Below are positions 1 through 12,709 of a stretch of DNA of 64,000 nucleotides, piece after piece. A program made the position numbers and the translations under genes. This stretch comes from Eledone cirrhosa (Eukaryota): contig OZ024743.1 in assembly GCA_964016885.1 (NCBI GenBank), positions 303,118,001-303,182,000 on the forward strand, written 5' to 3'. Below the pieces are notes generated by a model. That model saw nothing but the letters and a program-made list of their open reading frames with translations, was not told where the DNA came from and ran no database searches. Every line of letters starts with the position of its first letter. Within the stretch, counting starts at the first letter, position 1.

Positions 1-120
1 ATTCTGAGTTCAAATCCCGCCGAGGTTGACTTTGCCTTTCATGCTTACGGGGTCGATAAAATAAAGTACCAGTACTGTAATGGATAATTGCTGGCCTTGT
101 GCCTAAAGTAGAAACAATTA
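1..120 (+). mobile_element. tRNA-derived SINE (main family), truncated by window edge
   Basis: B-box-like GAGTTCAAATCC, central GAGGTTGACTTTGCCTTTCAT..GGGGTCGATAAAATAAAGTACC and tail GGCCTTGTGCCTAAAGTAGAAACAATTA; the same sequence recurs more than 10 times in the window. Confidence 0.85.
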
Positions 121-458
121 TTTATTTCAGCATTCAGATCATTGTCTGCTTCGGATGGTTCCTCGGTTCTCTCAACCTCATCACCTTCATTTCCCACTGG
201 CTCGTTTGCCTGGCATACTCCACTCTCCATTTCCAACCGAATCTCTCTGCTCAGTTCCTCCACTTCTAGCTCGCTTATCCACCCATTAGTTCTTATTATC
301 CGAGCCTGCCCGGCCAATTTTTGTTCATCTAATTTAAATAGACCAATCTCGTCCCAGATGTTATGCATCCGTTTCCTATAGCCTTTTTCCTTGGGGTTAC
401 TCTTCAGGTAACATTGCATAACAGTTCTATTCAATTCTTTCGTCCACTGGTTCGACAA
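121..458 (-). mobile_element. R4/Dong-clade non-LTR retrotransposon, N-terminal ORF fragment
   Basis: WTKELNRTVMQCYLKSNP..GYRKRMHNIW..EQKLAGQARIIR..W.SELEVEE resembles the N-terminal domain of R4/Dong ORFs; cut off by the SINE at 1-120. Confidence 0.7.
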
Positions 459-1607
459 TTAAACACTCTTATCGAGGATTAGGGAAAGTATGGTTAAATA
501 ACCACTGGTGATTTCATCAGTCCCGGTGATTTTTGTGTGGCACTATCACGCTGTAGACGAACATAAATAAACAAACAAACAAACAGGCCAAAAAAAATCC
601 CCAAAAAGAATAAGCATAAGTTTCATTGTAATGTAATGTTTGACTGTCTGACTTAGTTTTTCCCTTCCCTTCTCTCTCCTTCTGTTTGTCTTTCTCTTCA
701 TTTTTCTTTTCTTTACGTCTTTCGTTGTTGCTGTGCTGCTTTGATTTTGATTTTTGTTTTTTTGATTTTTTGACCGGGTCATCAATTCAGTTTATTTATA
801 TATTTTGAGGCCTTCCTCTTTTAGTGGGGACACTACGATGCATGGGTTAGCAGGAGGGAGTGGGATAGAATAGCGGCGGTAGTGATAATGAGGCAGTGGT
901 GGTGGTGGAGGTGGTGCTGAGCTAGTAGTACTTAGCAGGAGGTAGTGGGAGAGAATAGTGAGGCAGTGGCCGTGGTGATGTGATCGTATCAATGTAGTGA
1001 TGGTGTTGAAGTTGAAGCAGAAATAGAAGTTGAGGCAACTTGACTAGAGTTTTTAGCGTGGTAGTGGTGGTGGTGGTCTTGGTGGTGAAATTAACTTCTC
1101 TGTCCACTTAGCCATTTAGCTATTTAGCTATTTAGTCATTTTGCCATTTTCCTCCTTTTCGACTCTAACATTCCTGATCCCAAATTAAATATTAATATTG
1201 TTTATTAATATTGTCTAGTGATACCGCCAACTTCCCCTTTCGTAAGTTCACAGAAGGTAATGGAGGAATAGCGGTGGTAGCAATGAAGGAGTGGTGGCGG
1301 CGGTGATGGGATAGTGGTAGCAATGATGGATGGGCGGCGCCGGCGGTGACTGCAGTGACGGCGTTGTCGTTACTGAATGTTGTTGAATAGACTGTATTTT
1401 TGTTTGATCGGTGAATCTATGGGGTTAGTCGCGTATATGTGTTGACATATTTCTTTAATATCGGAATTAAACATTTTGTTAAAACTTGAGACAATAATAA
1501 TAGTAATTATTATTATTATGCTGAGATTGGTGGTGATGGTGGTGAAATTGCCGTTATATGGTTGTTGACTTACCAATTTTTCTAATATTATTATTATTAT
1601 TATTATT

Positions 1608-1922
1608 ACAGTTGCATTTATCTTGCTTTATGTTCATACGAGTTATCACCAAGTCACAACCAGTAACCTCAAAAGACAACAAGTCCGCCATGTTCAAGAA
1701 AGAACATACATATTCACACATGCATCTTTAGTGTTTAGACTTGTGATGTAATTATATTGACATAATCTTCCTTAGTATATGGGCAGTTCCCATTAGTACT
1801 ATCTTTTGTATTTCTCCTATACGCGGGTTTCCTGGGATTTGCGATATGTAATCATTAGACCCCTTAGGTATCATTCCCAGAGCGCCTACAACCACTGGTA
1901 TTGTTTTAGTTCTCAATTTCCA

Positions 1923-1926
<4 letters not shown>
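1608..1926 (-). mobile_element. R4/Dong LINE 3' end, 5'-truncated copy 1
   Basis: Encodes MWKLRTKTIPVVVGALGMIPKG..QKIVLMGTAHILRK plus 3'UTR; flanked on both sides by (TAA)n; near-identical to 1996-2315. Confidence 0.8.

Positions 1927-1995
<69 letters not shown>
1924..1995. repeat. (ATT)n microsatellite
   Basis: Perfect trinucleotide run between the two Dong 3' ends. Confidence 0.95.
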
Positions 1996-1997
<2 letters not shown>

Positions 1998-2762
1998 AGT
2001 TGGATTTAACTTGCTTTATGTTCATACGAGTTATCACCAAGGCACAACCAGAGACCTCAAGAGACAACAAGGTCCGCCATGTTCAAGAAAGAACATACAT
2101 ATTCATACATGCATCTTTAGTGTTTAGACTTGTGATGTACTTATATTGACAGAATCTTCCTTAGTATATGGGCAGTTCCCATTAGTACTATCTTTTGTAT
2201 TTCTCCTATACGCGGTTTCCTGGGATTTGTGATAAGTAATCATTAGACCCCTTAGGTATCATACCCAGAGCGCCTACAACCACTGGTATTGTTTTAGTTC
2301 TCAATTTCCACATTTTTCCAATTTCTATCTCCAATTTCTATCTCCAATTTCTATCTCTATACTTGCTCAATTTTTCAAATGTTTTTATAGATACATTCTT
2401 GTCTATTGGAACAGACATATCAATTAGCAGGCATACCCTCTTTTTAAAGTCCTTCAATATCATATCAGGTCTATTTGCATCTATTTTTCGGTCTGTTTGG
2501 ATGCTAAAGTTCCACAAGATTGAGATGTGATCTTTTTCAAGTATGGGAGGTGGTTGATGCTCCCACCAATTCTTTTGATGGGGCAGGTCAAAATGCTTAC
2601 ACATTATCCAATGTATGTATTGTGCAGCTCTGTCATGCCTGTTTAGGTATTCGGTTGGAGCTATAGGACCGCACATTGAAATTATATGGTCAATGGTCTC
2701 TGGTTGTTTTTTGCATACATGGCATAATGGGCTGCACCCATTTTTTATTATGTTGGCTTTGG
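1996..2762 (-). mobile_element. R4/Dong LINE 3' end with CCHC knuckle and restriction-like endonuclease, copy 2
   Basis: CHVCKKQPETIDHIISMC, RHD, NRPDMIL..LIDMSVP, EKLSKYRD motifs; a 13-bp triplication (CCAATTTCTATCT) near 2318-2357 breaks the frame; (TAA)n tail. Confidence 0.85.
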
Positions 2763-2885
2763 TTTCATCCTTACGGGGTCGATAAAATAAAGTACCAGTA
2801 ATGCACTGGATAAATGCTGGCCTTGTGCCTAAAAGTAGAAACAATTATTATTATTATTATTAATATTATTATTATTATTATTATT
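2763..2885 (+). mobile_element. SINE 3' half with (TTA)n tail
   Basis: Matches the 3' half of the main SINE family. Confidence 0.8.
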
Positions 2886-3033
2886 GGCGATCTACGTAGT
2901 AAATCGTATCATCGTGAGCTCCGCAAAGGTTAGTTGTTTTCAGTTGTTTCAATTTGCCATTTATGGAAATTGTTGTTGTTAAGTGTTTATAATGTCACAT
3001 ATATTGCTTACGGAAAAGGACACTCAAAAAGAT

Positions 3034-3256
3034 TGGTGGACTGGCAGTATCGCTAGAGTGTCGGACGCCATGCTTTGACGCATAGATTTACGGACCTTGC
3101 CATTCTGAGTTCAAATCCCGCCGAGGTTAACTTTGCCTTTCATCCTTACGGGGTCGATAAAATAAAGTACCAGTAATGCACTGGGTAAATGCTGGCCTTG
3201 TGCCTAAAAGTAGAAACAATTATTATTATTATTATTAATATTATTATTATTATTAT
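3034..3256 (+). mobile_element. tRNA-derived SINE, full length, (TTA)n tail
   Basis: A-box-like TGGCAGTATCGCTAG, B-box GAGTTCAAATCC, central domain and tail. Confidence 0.85.
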
Positions 3257-3470
3257 TGGCGATCTACGTAGGAAATCGTATCATCGTGAACTCCGCAAAG
3301 GTTTGTTGTTTTCAGTTGTTTCAAATTGCCATTTATGGAAAATTGTTGTTGTTAAGTCTTTATAATGTCACATATATTGCTTTCGGAAAAGAACACTCAA
3401 AAATATTGGGGCCTTGAGCCCAAAATTTAAACTTCTAATATTATCAAACAAAAATGTATTGGAAAAGATC

Positions 3471-5400
3471 ATGGACGACTCACAGCTACACCAAGCTGAC
3501 ACCCTTCCTCACAAACTAACGCCTCACACCAACACCACCATTGTAAATATTACTACGTTAGCCAACACTAAAAATAAAACAGTAGCAATAATTTAAATTT
3601 GTTTCATGCAGACATACCTTTCCCGCCATTTCCAAAATCTGCAGATGTTAATGCCGCCACCGCCACCACCACCACAGCGACAACAGAAACAAAAGAAAAA
3701 CACAAATTATTTTCTCGTGACATCAAAATGGATTCACCTAGAATCGACTCTTCCACACCGAACACCACCACCACCACAACTGAAACTAAAAATAACAATA
3801 GCAACAACAGCAAAAACAACAATGATAATAATAACAAAACATCAACACCACCGTAAATGTGTCGTTTGCCAAAGCAGCCAAGAAATGCGAAACAATCGAG
3901 GTAACTCAGGAGGAATTAAATGAAGCCAAGAGAAAGGTAAAAAAAGATGGGTATAGGGTCAGTCCCACCCCCCGCTTCCAGCTAATACAATGGAGAATCA
4001 ACGCCTATGCACGGTGTCTTATCGGACGATTAACACAAAATCGCGCCGAGTGGAGCGGGCATCCGAGTCCCAAATCCAAAAAGCTTTGGGACATGTGTGC
4101 GCGGAAAACAACCACATCAGACGTGGGCACAAATATGGAACCGTGGACGTGTACTTTGGAACACCACAGGAGTTCAGAGAGCACTCCATGGCCCCATTAA
4201 CAAGCGACAACTTCACACTCGTCCCAAGCTATTGTGGCCAGAGACTCGTGAAGATCAGGGTGACCCACGTTCACCCGCCATCGAAATTCCCTGGCTAATG
4301 GCTTCCGTCCTCGCCGGGATCGACGCCAACACCAAAATAATTGAAATATCAAAAGAAAAGCAGGAGAACTGGTCCGGATCTGGGATGGAGCTCCTGATCC
4401 TACCGGACAAAATAAGCATTGACGAAATCCCAGAGGTAAAAGACCTCTCTGACGGCAGCCACCTCACCGTAATCGTCGAGGGTATAAGGCCTAGGTGTGT
4501 CGTTTGTGGTGAAGGAATCCACCTAAAGGCTTTCTGCCCTCAGGCTATAAAGTTGAGGCAACCTCTCTTACCCATCCAAGTGACTCAACCATCAACCACA
4601 CCAGCACCACAAATGACAGCAACAACTGTAGCAGCAACAACAAAGGCAACTGTAGCAGCAACGATCCCAGCAACAGTAGCAAAACCAACACCACCACGAC
4701 CCACCGCGCCAGAACTAGCACCGCCGCCTCCACCATCCACCACGCCATAACCAAAACCAACGCCTGTAGATGATTTTCCACTCCCCGACCTATCGCAACT
4801 GGAGACATATTGTGACGACGAGGAGTGGGAAACGGTATCGGGAAAAAAGAAAAAAATGAAAAAGAAACCAAAAAAGAAAACATCCCCTTCCCCCTCCAAA
4901 AACAAAATACAGAGGGAAACAAATAAACTATAAAACAAAAAAAGTTAGGACAGCTATGCCACCATCCGTACCAGCATAACCAACTCCATCACCATAAACA
5001 CTAACACCATCACCATCTTTAACCCCAACACCACCATCACCAACACCACAAAAGTCACCAAAAAGCGAAACAGAAACGAACCCACAACAAACGCAAACAA
5101 AACAAAACAACCAAAACGATACCCACTACACAGCATTAAATTTGAACAACAAACAATTATTACACTACATCCAACACAACACCAGCATCACAGAAAAATA
5201 CTACACAACAACCCAAAAGTTCACACCTATCCACGCATACAAATCACTCGCATCACACAGAAAACGTACACGACACTAAAACAAAAATTCCTCAAAGACA
5301 TCGGAGACTTCCGACAAGCACTCTCCAGGAGGATTTATAAGGACATCCTTCCGGAGGAGGCCACAGTCAGTGAAATGGATGGAGAAACCATCCTTCCTCT
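3471..5400 (+). pseudogene. ORF1 (gag-like, single zinc knuckle) of the Tx1-like LINE, fragmented
   Basis: Overlapping ORFs 3599-4750 joined by frameshifts; Thr/Asn/Pro-rich flanks; CCHC at about 4495-4540. Confidence 0.6.
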
Positions 5401-5451
5401 ATGAGGGGTAAGGTAAGTGGTCTTTCCCATCTTTTTCCACTCCATTTCAAC

Positions 5452-7165
5452 ATGATCAAGGACACACCCGTGGTAGGAAACCTGGCACAGATGGGTCCTT
5501 GATCAATTTGGATCAGTATAAAGCTTTCGATAGGGTTGACCATCGTTACCTAGCGGCAATCCTGAGGGGGCGGCTGGCTTTCGGTTCGTCTTCAGAGGCT
5601 GGATCGCTGCAATGCACAGCGATATCTGCTCTGTGGTGAGAATGAACGGTCACCTTTCGGAACCGTTCAACATCATGCACTCGGTCCGCCAAGGATGTCC
5701 CCTCTCGTCCCTCTTGTACGTATTGACACTCGAGCAGTTCCTGCATACTGGAGACGTTGAGGGGCGACTCGCGCGAACTAGGATGCGGAAGATCCGTGTC
5801 AGCATATGCGGACGTTGTAACCGTAGTTGTGTCGAACGCAAAACACATTTAGGCGATAGGAAATACACTAAGAGAATACGAAGCGTTGACAGGAGCAATG
5901 ATCATCCAGGAAAAGTCAGTGGCCCTGCAGCTCGGCACCTGGAGAGGCAGGTGCATGCCGTCCGACAGCGTCGCCGGGCGCTGGACGGACCGGTTAAATT
6001 GCTAGGCTTCTGGTTCGGTCCGGATCTCCAGACGGACAAACAGTGGGACGAGGTGACGAGCAGGGTGGCTTCTCTCACCCAGAAATGGGCGGAGAAGAAG
6101 CTATCCCTGAAAGGTCGAGCGGAGGTGGCTAACGCGTACATCGCATCCGTCAAATACTACAGCCTGACCATCGTACCTTGTCCTAAGCCCCGCCTGACTG
6201 CGCTGGAGCGTTTGCTCTTTGGATTTTTGTGGAAGGGACGCGCTCCGATGTTCAGGCGGTCCATCAGCTGTCAACACCCGCTACGTGGAGGGCTGGGCAT
6301 GCCGTGGTTGATGATGCTCAGACACGCGCTCAGGTTACGACATCTCCACCTCCTCCTCGACGGTGATCAGGTGTAGTCGCCGTTTGCTAGACATGTCTTT
6401 CCCCAGCTCGTCTCCTTGACGGAGCTGCAGTCCGGGGTCAAGCGAAAACCGAGAGGGAGCGCTTGGAGACTGGAATGTCTTCAGGCGCTCAAAGCCCTCG
6501 ACCAATCGGGCAATGTGATCGGTGGAAACTCCACCTTGGCGTTATATAGTGTATTAGTGGAGGGGAAGAGCGACAATGTACTTGGATAGACTCTAGGCGT
6601 CGAAGAAAATCAACTAGCCAATCTCTTCGGAAGGACTTTCGGGCCGGGGCCTATGGACAACTTCCAGAAATCCCTGGCCTGGCAGTGCTACCGAGGAGCT
6701 TTGCCAGATCGGGATAAACTCTACAAGCATGTAGGTGCCGTCAGCCGGGCATGTCCGAGATGCGCGCATGTCGACGAAACCGTCCTGCACGCACTCGTCC
6801 AGTGTCAGAGCATTGCTCACTTGTGGGTTTATGTCGAACACCTGCTGTCACGTGTAGGATGGATCCAGCTATCAGCTGAGTACATCGTGAGGATTGCCCC
6901 GCCCTCTTCTTTTAGCCGGGAAGGGCAGGCAGTTTATATATGCCTGGTGGCCATGGCGAAAGAGATAGTATGGTGGACACCATTGAAAGGGCTGAAGACG
7001 AGCACTTACCTTCCGGTGATGCCCTGATTAACTTTTTCAAATTCCATTTGAAAAATAAATCAGGGTAGAAAGGGAAGTGCTCTCTTCCCAGCATTTTGTT
7101 GAAAGATGTGTGAGAGAAGCAAGTATGGCCCGTGTAAATGGGCCTACTCTGAGTATGTGTCTGTA
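5452..7165 (+). pseudogene. ORF2 reverse transcriptase and zinc-binding domain of the Tx1-like LINE; APE endonuclease missing
   Basis: RT motifs as listed for the element; catalytic YADD reads YADV at 5805-5816; several stops and frameshifts. Confidence 0.8.
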
Positions 7166-10100
7166 AATTAAAGGTGGAAAACTGGGAGAGGGCACTTGCC
7201 CTGGTGGTCAGGGTCACTGTGGCCTTTTAATGGGCTTTCTCCACAAATGTCCCTCGGAAGTCTCTCCCCTATTGGGGAATTTTTCATTGTTATTTTTTTT
7301 ATTACATCCTCTGTTTTTTTTACACGCAGAAATGCGCATTTGTACCGACCAGTATTGCCCTGTACTGTCCTTAATGTCTACTTTATGCAAACCATTGTGG
7401 TTAATAAAAAAGCATTATTATTATTGTTGTTGTTATTATTATTATTAGTTTAAATTAGAAGAATATGTTGAAAAGATCAAACATTTCTGGAATCGAATGT
7501 AAAGAAATCCGATAATAAATCTAATATTTAAAAATACAGTAAATACTTGACAGATTTCTATAGAACTCATTTATTTTGTACAGAAGTATCGTTTATACTA
7601 TAGAGAAAGAACTGTTTGAATATGAGAAGACAACTGTAGGCGAATTCTCTAAATATAAAGAAACAATCAAAATGACTAACTCTAAGTAAAAAAAAAAAAA
7701 CAGAAAATAAATCAGCCTCAAAAAGCATGAAGACATAAAATAAATTAACAAAACAGTCACATAATATATGCTCCTCCACAAAAATATAGTGTAATGTAAG
7801 GAAAATGCACGTAAACAGCTTCAAGATCACGCACATACAAGGTTTAATATAATTTAAATAAATATAATAAAGCATATGAAATGAAAAGATGTGTTACCAC
7901 ATCAGAAATAAAGAAAACAACCACTACAGGAATTACAGTGTAGTAAAATTGAAGAATGCATAGATATACCCAAAATAGCATTCCACGAGAAGAAAAATCT
8001 AATAATACCACAAATGTACCGTAACATGCAATCAAAATAAATAAGAAATAATGTAAAAAAAACACTTACTATTGAAAGCTTAATATGATAAACAATTTAA
8101 ACATAATTTAAATGGTTTGAAAAAAATAGTATGATGTACTAAAAACTAAACAAGCAAATTATAAAGACAAACTCACTCAAAGAAAATAAATATAGATTGA
8201 ACAAGGTATTATGATAAGTGACAGACAACGAGAGAGCATAAATAACAAAAAAAATGTGAAGCAGCAGTAAATACAACAATCCCTAACTGGTAAAATGAGT
8301 ATGTTAGTATGATCAGTTTCGTACAGGTTACAAGAGCTGCTCGATATAAAACCAGCAATAAGCGTACGTTAAGTGAAGATATTATGTTAGCTTCACCACT
8401 GTGCATGTATCACGAATAGATACCGTAGCAGTTGTTTGCATCTTGTCAAAGCTTTTAGCATTTATCCAGATTAGTCAATACATCTCCGTATTAATATATT
8501 CCGAGAGTTAAACATCCTCCCAAAATAAAATCAGGAGAAGGCTATCGTCATTCATGGTCTTCATTTATGCCATTACATATTGCGGTTAGTAAAGCAACTG
8601 ATTGCACAGGTCAGCATTGGCTGTCATCATTCTCATTATATAGGCAAATGTGTTTGTGCCTCGGAGAATATGCTCTGTGGATGTCCTTTGTATCTTTATT
8701 TTCTTATTTACAAATCTCAATGCAACAACGATCTTAACAACAGCACTAGAAAATTCGCTGCATTTAGAGCTGTCTAGTTTTCGAATCCTTTCTAAAGCCC
8801 TACATCAAGAGGAAAAGGCTTAACCTCCTACCAGCAATCGAAGAATAATTGGGAGAATATTTACTAAAATGTTTATAAAATTACATATAATGTAAAAAAA
8901 AAATGTCTTTCAATGAGGATTTGAAGTAAGATAAGATCGAAACCATCTAATATTATTTCAAAATTTTGGGGAACTTTTATAGGCTTGACATTATGACTGA
9001 AAAATAACAGCATATACGGTGAAGAGGAAGAACAACATTTATAATACAGGGTGAAACAATTACTCGCAACGGTAATAATGATCTAAAAATATGCGAGAAA
9101 TTGTAATTTCGATAATTAAAAACTAATTGTCTGGAAGACAATAATCAGAAAATGTTTCGACTGGACTATAACAATTCATACTTCGTATGGCAAAGCGATT
9201 TATTACTCTGCTATTAGTTGAAAAGATAATTCCAGCATTAGTATAAGCTTCCTCATTGTAACTACTATCATAATATTTCAATGCTTTATATATTAGCGGT
9301 ATTCTGCCTACGCGGCAATACTAGCTCGAGAGAACCCACGCGTGTCTGTAAGCTCCAGTTGAAATTTAAAAACAAAACAAGGGAAACAACCTAACAACAA
9401 AAAATGGACTAAATAGCAGCAACAAAAAAAGGGGGGGGTGTCGTATGGAGTATTATTGCCGGGGTAAACGAGACAGAATATTTGCGGAAAATAGTATATA
9501 TCAATAAGAGAGATGATTTGTTTTCCGTTTGCCAAAATACTGCTTCGTGATTGAAAAGAATACTGTAAGTAATTATTAGACTTTAATAACAATTATATTT
9601 TAATAATTGAAAACATTTTTGGAAGATTGCTAATGGCAATGTCCCCACAATCAAATGCTGCGTTAATTTTAATGTGGAATTTTATTACTGCTTGTTTGCT
9701 TAATCTATTGTGATATATAACGATTAATGATTCGGAATAGTGCTGCATTTCCAATTTACTTGGGATGTTAATAACAATTTTATGAATATTTTATATTAAA
9801 CGTTGTCCTTGATATTAATTTAGCAGCGAGAATCCACAAATATTTACAATCGTAAAATATAGAGGGTAATAAATCAGCAATAGGTTTCTATAACCTGAGG
9901 TGCATAATGAAGGAGATTGTGTCACTATGACAACAACGCAATGATCGGGAGTTGAATGCATATTTCATGCAAATCTCAACTTTTCCTAAAATGTCCAAGA
10001 ATAGGCTTAACATGTTTGGTGGAAAAGCAATCTTAGGACTTGCCCACATATATATATGATCTTAATCTTCATTGGATATATATATATATATATATATATA

Positions 10101-10369
10101 TCCAATGAATGAAGAGGGAATAACATTAACAAAAAAGGGTTAAATAACACAATTTAAACTGTAATCATATCGCAAAATAAAAGTAAACAATATGATATAT
10201 ATCATACAATGTTATTACGAATTAGGTTATATTTGTTTTAAATTTAAATACATAGTATTCAAAACATAACACGCAACTTCATGTTTCATGTAGTACTAAT
10301 GACATTCAATTACAGTGTCATAAGGGTTCCTCCACTGTACATTATTGAATATGCTACTTCTTCTGTCTA

Positions 10370-11300
10370 TCTCTTACCTCTTCAAAGCACCAGCAACTGA
10401 TGGATAATATCTGTTTGTTTGTTGAGCAGTTCTACCCTACTTTACCCATCTCTGAACACATCATCCTAGATAGCGTTACGGCTCACCACAACGTTTCATA
10501 TTCATACAGTTGGTGCTGGGGAGAAAGGGGTTCCATTCAGCAAGATCAAATTGTTCAATTTCTAGACATGCACTCAAACGACTAACCACCAGACTTAATT
10601 ACATATGAACAGTTTTTGGAGCTCCCACTAATCAGTTCGGTATATTTTATAGATGAGGGCAAAGCTCCCAGTGATTCTACCAGGTCAGACTCGCCTATAA
10701 ATTATCCAGTATAAGGGCCCTGAAATCCACCAGAAACAGCACCTCAAAATGCTCATCCAGCCACTTAATATATATTTCAGTCCATAAGCTCTCATATCCT
10801 CTCATATTATTCTATGGATTGTAACGTTACACCTTCTATCAAACACTTCTCTAATTGGGTAGAATAGAATGAATATTTGGTAACATTGGCAATGCATAAG
10901 GTCTTACTACTAACCGCGATTGACAAAGGTCAGCATTTCTGTAAAGAAACGAAGTTGCTGAAACCTATCATAAATAAGGGGAACACACTTGTTCTCCATA
11001 TTCATCGATAGCAGTATTTATAGATGTGATAGCTCCAAGAAAGGCTTATACATTATCAGCGAGAGAATTCCAATTTTTCTTTGTTGCATTGGCAACAGCT
11101 TCAACTTTTAACAGTTGGGATATATCCCTCCCACAAAATGTGAAATACCTGATGTGGACTTGCCTGCGATATGTAACAAATCTTAGGTCCGTATTGCGTC
11201 ACTGAAGCAATATTATTATAAATAAAGGCATTCTCAAGATATCTGAAGAACAGCACAGGAGGTAAAGCGAAGCCAGACTGAATGCTTACATGAGTATAAG
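10370..11300 (-). mobile_element. Very old Gypsy-like pol remnant (tentative)
   Basis: Scattered motifs in pol order: GFALPPVLFFRYLEN (cf. PFGL..AP..FQR.M), KVEAVANA, AFLGAI, DMRAYGL (cf. DAS.YGL), FQGPY. Confidence 0.3.
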
Positions 11301-11414
11301 TATGTGATTTAAAAGAAATCACTAGTACAAGACGGTTTGGGTGTTTAAACAAGCAATTATATTGCGATGAAATAGGGGAAAACTTAGGTAAAATATATAT
11401 GGAGATATGATGTG

Positions 11415-11497
11415 TAGCAACTAGGGCGGTGCCCCAGCATGGCCTCATTCAGATGGCTGGAACAGGTAAAAGAGTAAAAGAGTAAAAGAGTAAAAGT
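11415..11497 (+). mobile_element. 3' end of another SINE family with (GTAAAAGA)n tail
   Basis: GTGCCCCAGCATGGCC..GGAACAG followed by tandem GTAAAAGA. Confidence 0.55.
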
Positions 11498-12709
11498 GTA
11501 TATCTATACATAGATAAGGACATTGAACTATCAAAACGTTAACAAGTATTAATTGAATATTGGAGGTCGTGGGTAAATTAAAGTCATAAGACATTTGTGA
11601 CACATTTACGTGTATTCACTATATAGAAGTCTATAATATCAAATATATCAAATTCACAGCATTGCTGATCACCGCTTAAATTGATATCAAATGGTATCAG
11701 TATATACCGAGAAACAATAAAAGCAATCCTGCTTTCTTTCGTAAGAGAAACAACAATCGGATAGTCCCCCACTATTGTTTTCGAGAAGAAACATTACTTT
11801 TGGAATTCTAGTCAGAATAAAAAGACCAGTGTTAATCCATTAGGCTTGAATTGTAGTTATATACCACAACGTAGTTATAGTCTCAAAAAATGTTCTTTTA
11901 TTCTTCTACATAATCCCTTCCATAATATATATTGCTTAAATATAAAATAGCAGAATATACTTTCCAATCATATTCTGACTCAACATCATTTGTTTGCATT
12001 AAAGATAGTAATTACAGCTATTTATGTCTAAGAGTATCTATATATTTAAAGAGAAACTACATACTTTTTGAAGGTAACATTGACAATTTCAAGTAGAAAT
12101 GCTTAAAACAAAATATAAATTATTGAATAAGGAAACAAACCAAAATGAAGGATTAGGCAAACACACCAATATTAAACAAACCAAATATAGTATGACAGCT
12201 GGGTCATTAAAAGCAACTGTAGTTGATTTGATAAGTAAAAAAAAAATACGTATCTCAGTTATTATGTAAAGGGAGAGAGAAAAAAGAACAGAGGAATAAT
12301 TTATATATAAAATAGTTAGATATAAAAACAAAATATGATAGAGAGAAGGAATGGTGGTGTAAAAATTGCAATTCTAATAGTTTTTGATGCCAAGAAAGAC
12401 GTACGGTTTAATGTGCGAAGTTATGACTGGTGCAGCGTAGGTCATTATAAAACTAGAAAGAATTACAAATCGTTCTGTTGCGATCAATAATGTTGTAATT
12501 CATCAGAAACTCACATACCAAATAGTACACACTCACACACATTTATACACACAACTATATATATATATATGTAGTAATAATAATAAATTTGAAGACTAAA
12601 ATCCAAAGAGGGCTCGATAAGGATAAATATATATCGAATATATAAGAACCGTAGAACAATTCTTTCGCGGTGATGATTGGTTCAACGGCATATGTAACAA
12701 GGAACATTG

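Larger units (their letters stand above)
3257..7447 (+). mobile_element. Tx1/L1-clade LINE, internally deleted and frameshifted
   Basis: ORF1 pieces with a CX2CX4HX4C knuckle (RCVVCGEGIHLKAFC); ORF2 RT motifs DQYKAFDRVDH, VRQGCPLS.LLY, AYADV, LSLKGRAEVAN, GGLGMP; C-terminal CPRC..ETVLHALVQC; AATAAA followed by (TTA)n tail. Confidence 0.85.

Noticed and set aside
546-1580. Thr/Pro/Lys-rich minus-strand ORFs as a host gene
   Set aside because: Low-complexity, stop-ridden and without recognisable domains; at most a LINE ORF1 relic
12450-12515. Minus-strand CTGATGA plus hairpin upstream of the PLE
   Set aside because: No GAAA box after the stem, so not called a hammerhead; the same applies to CTGAAGA at 14661 and CTGATGA near 17853
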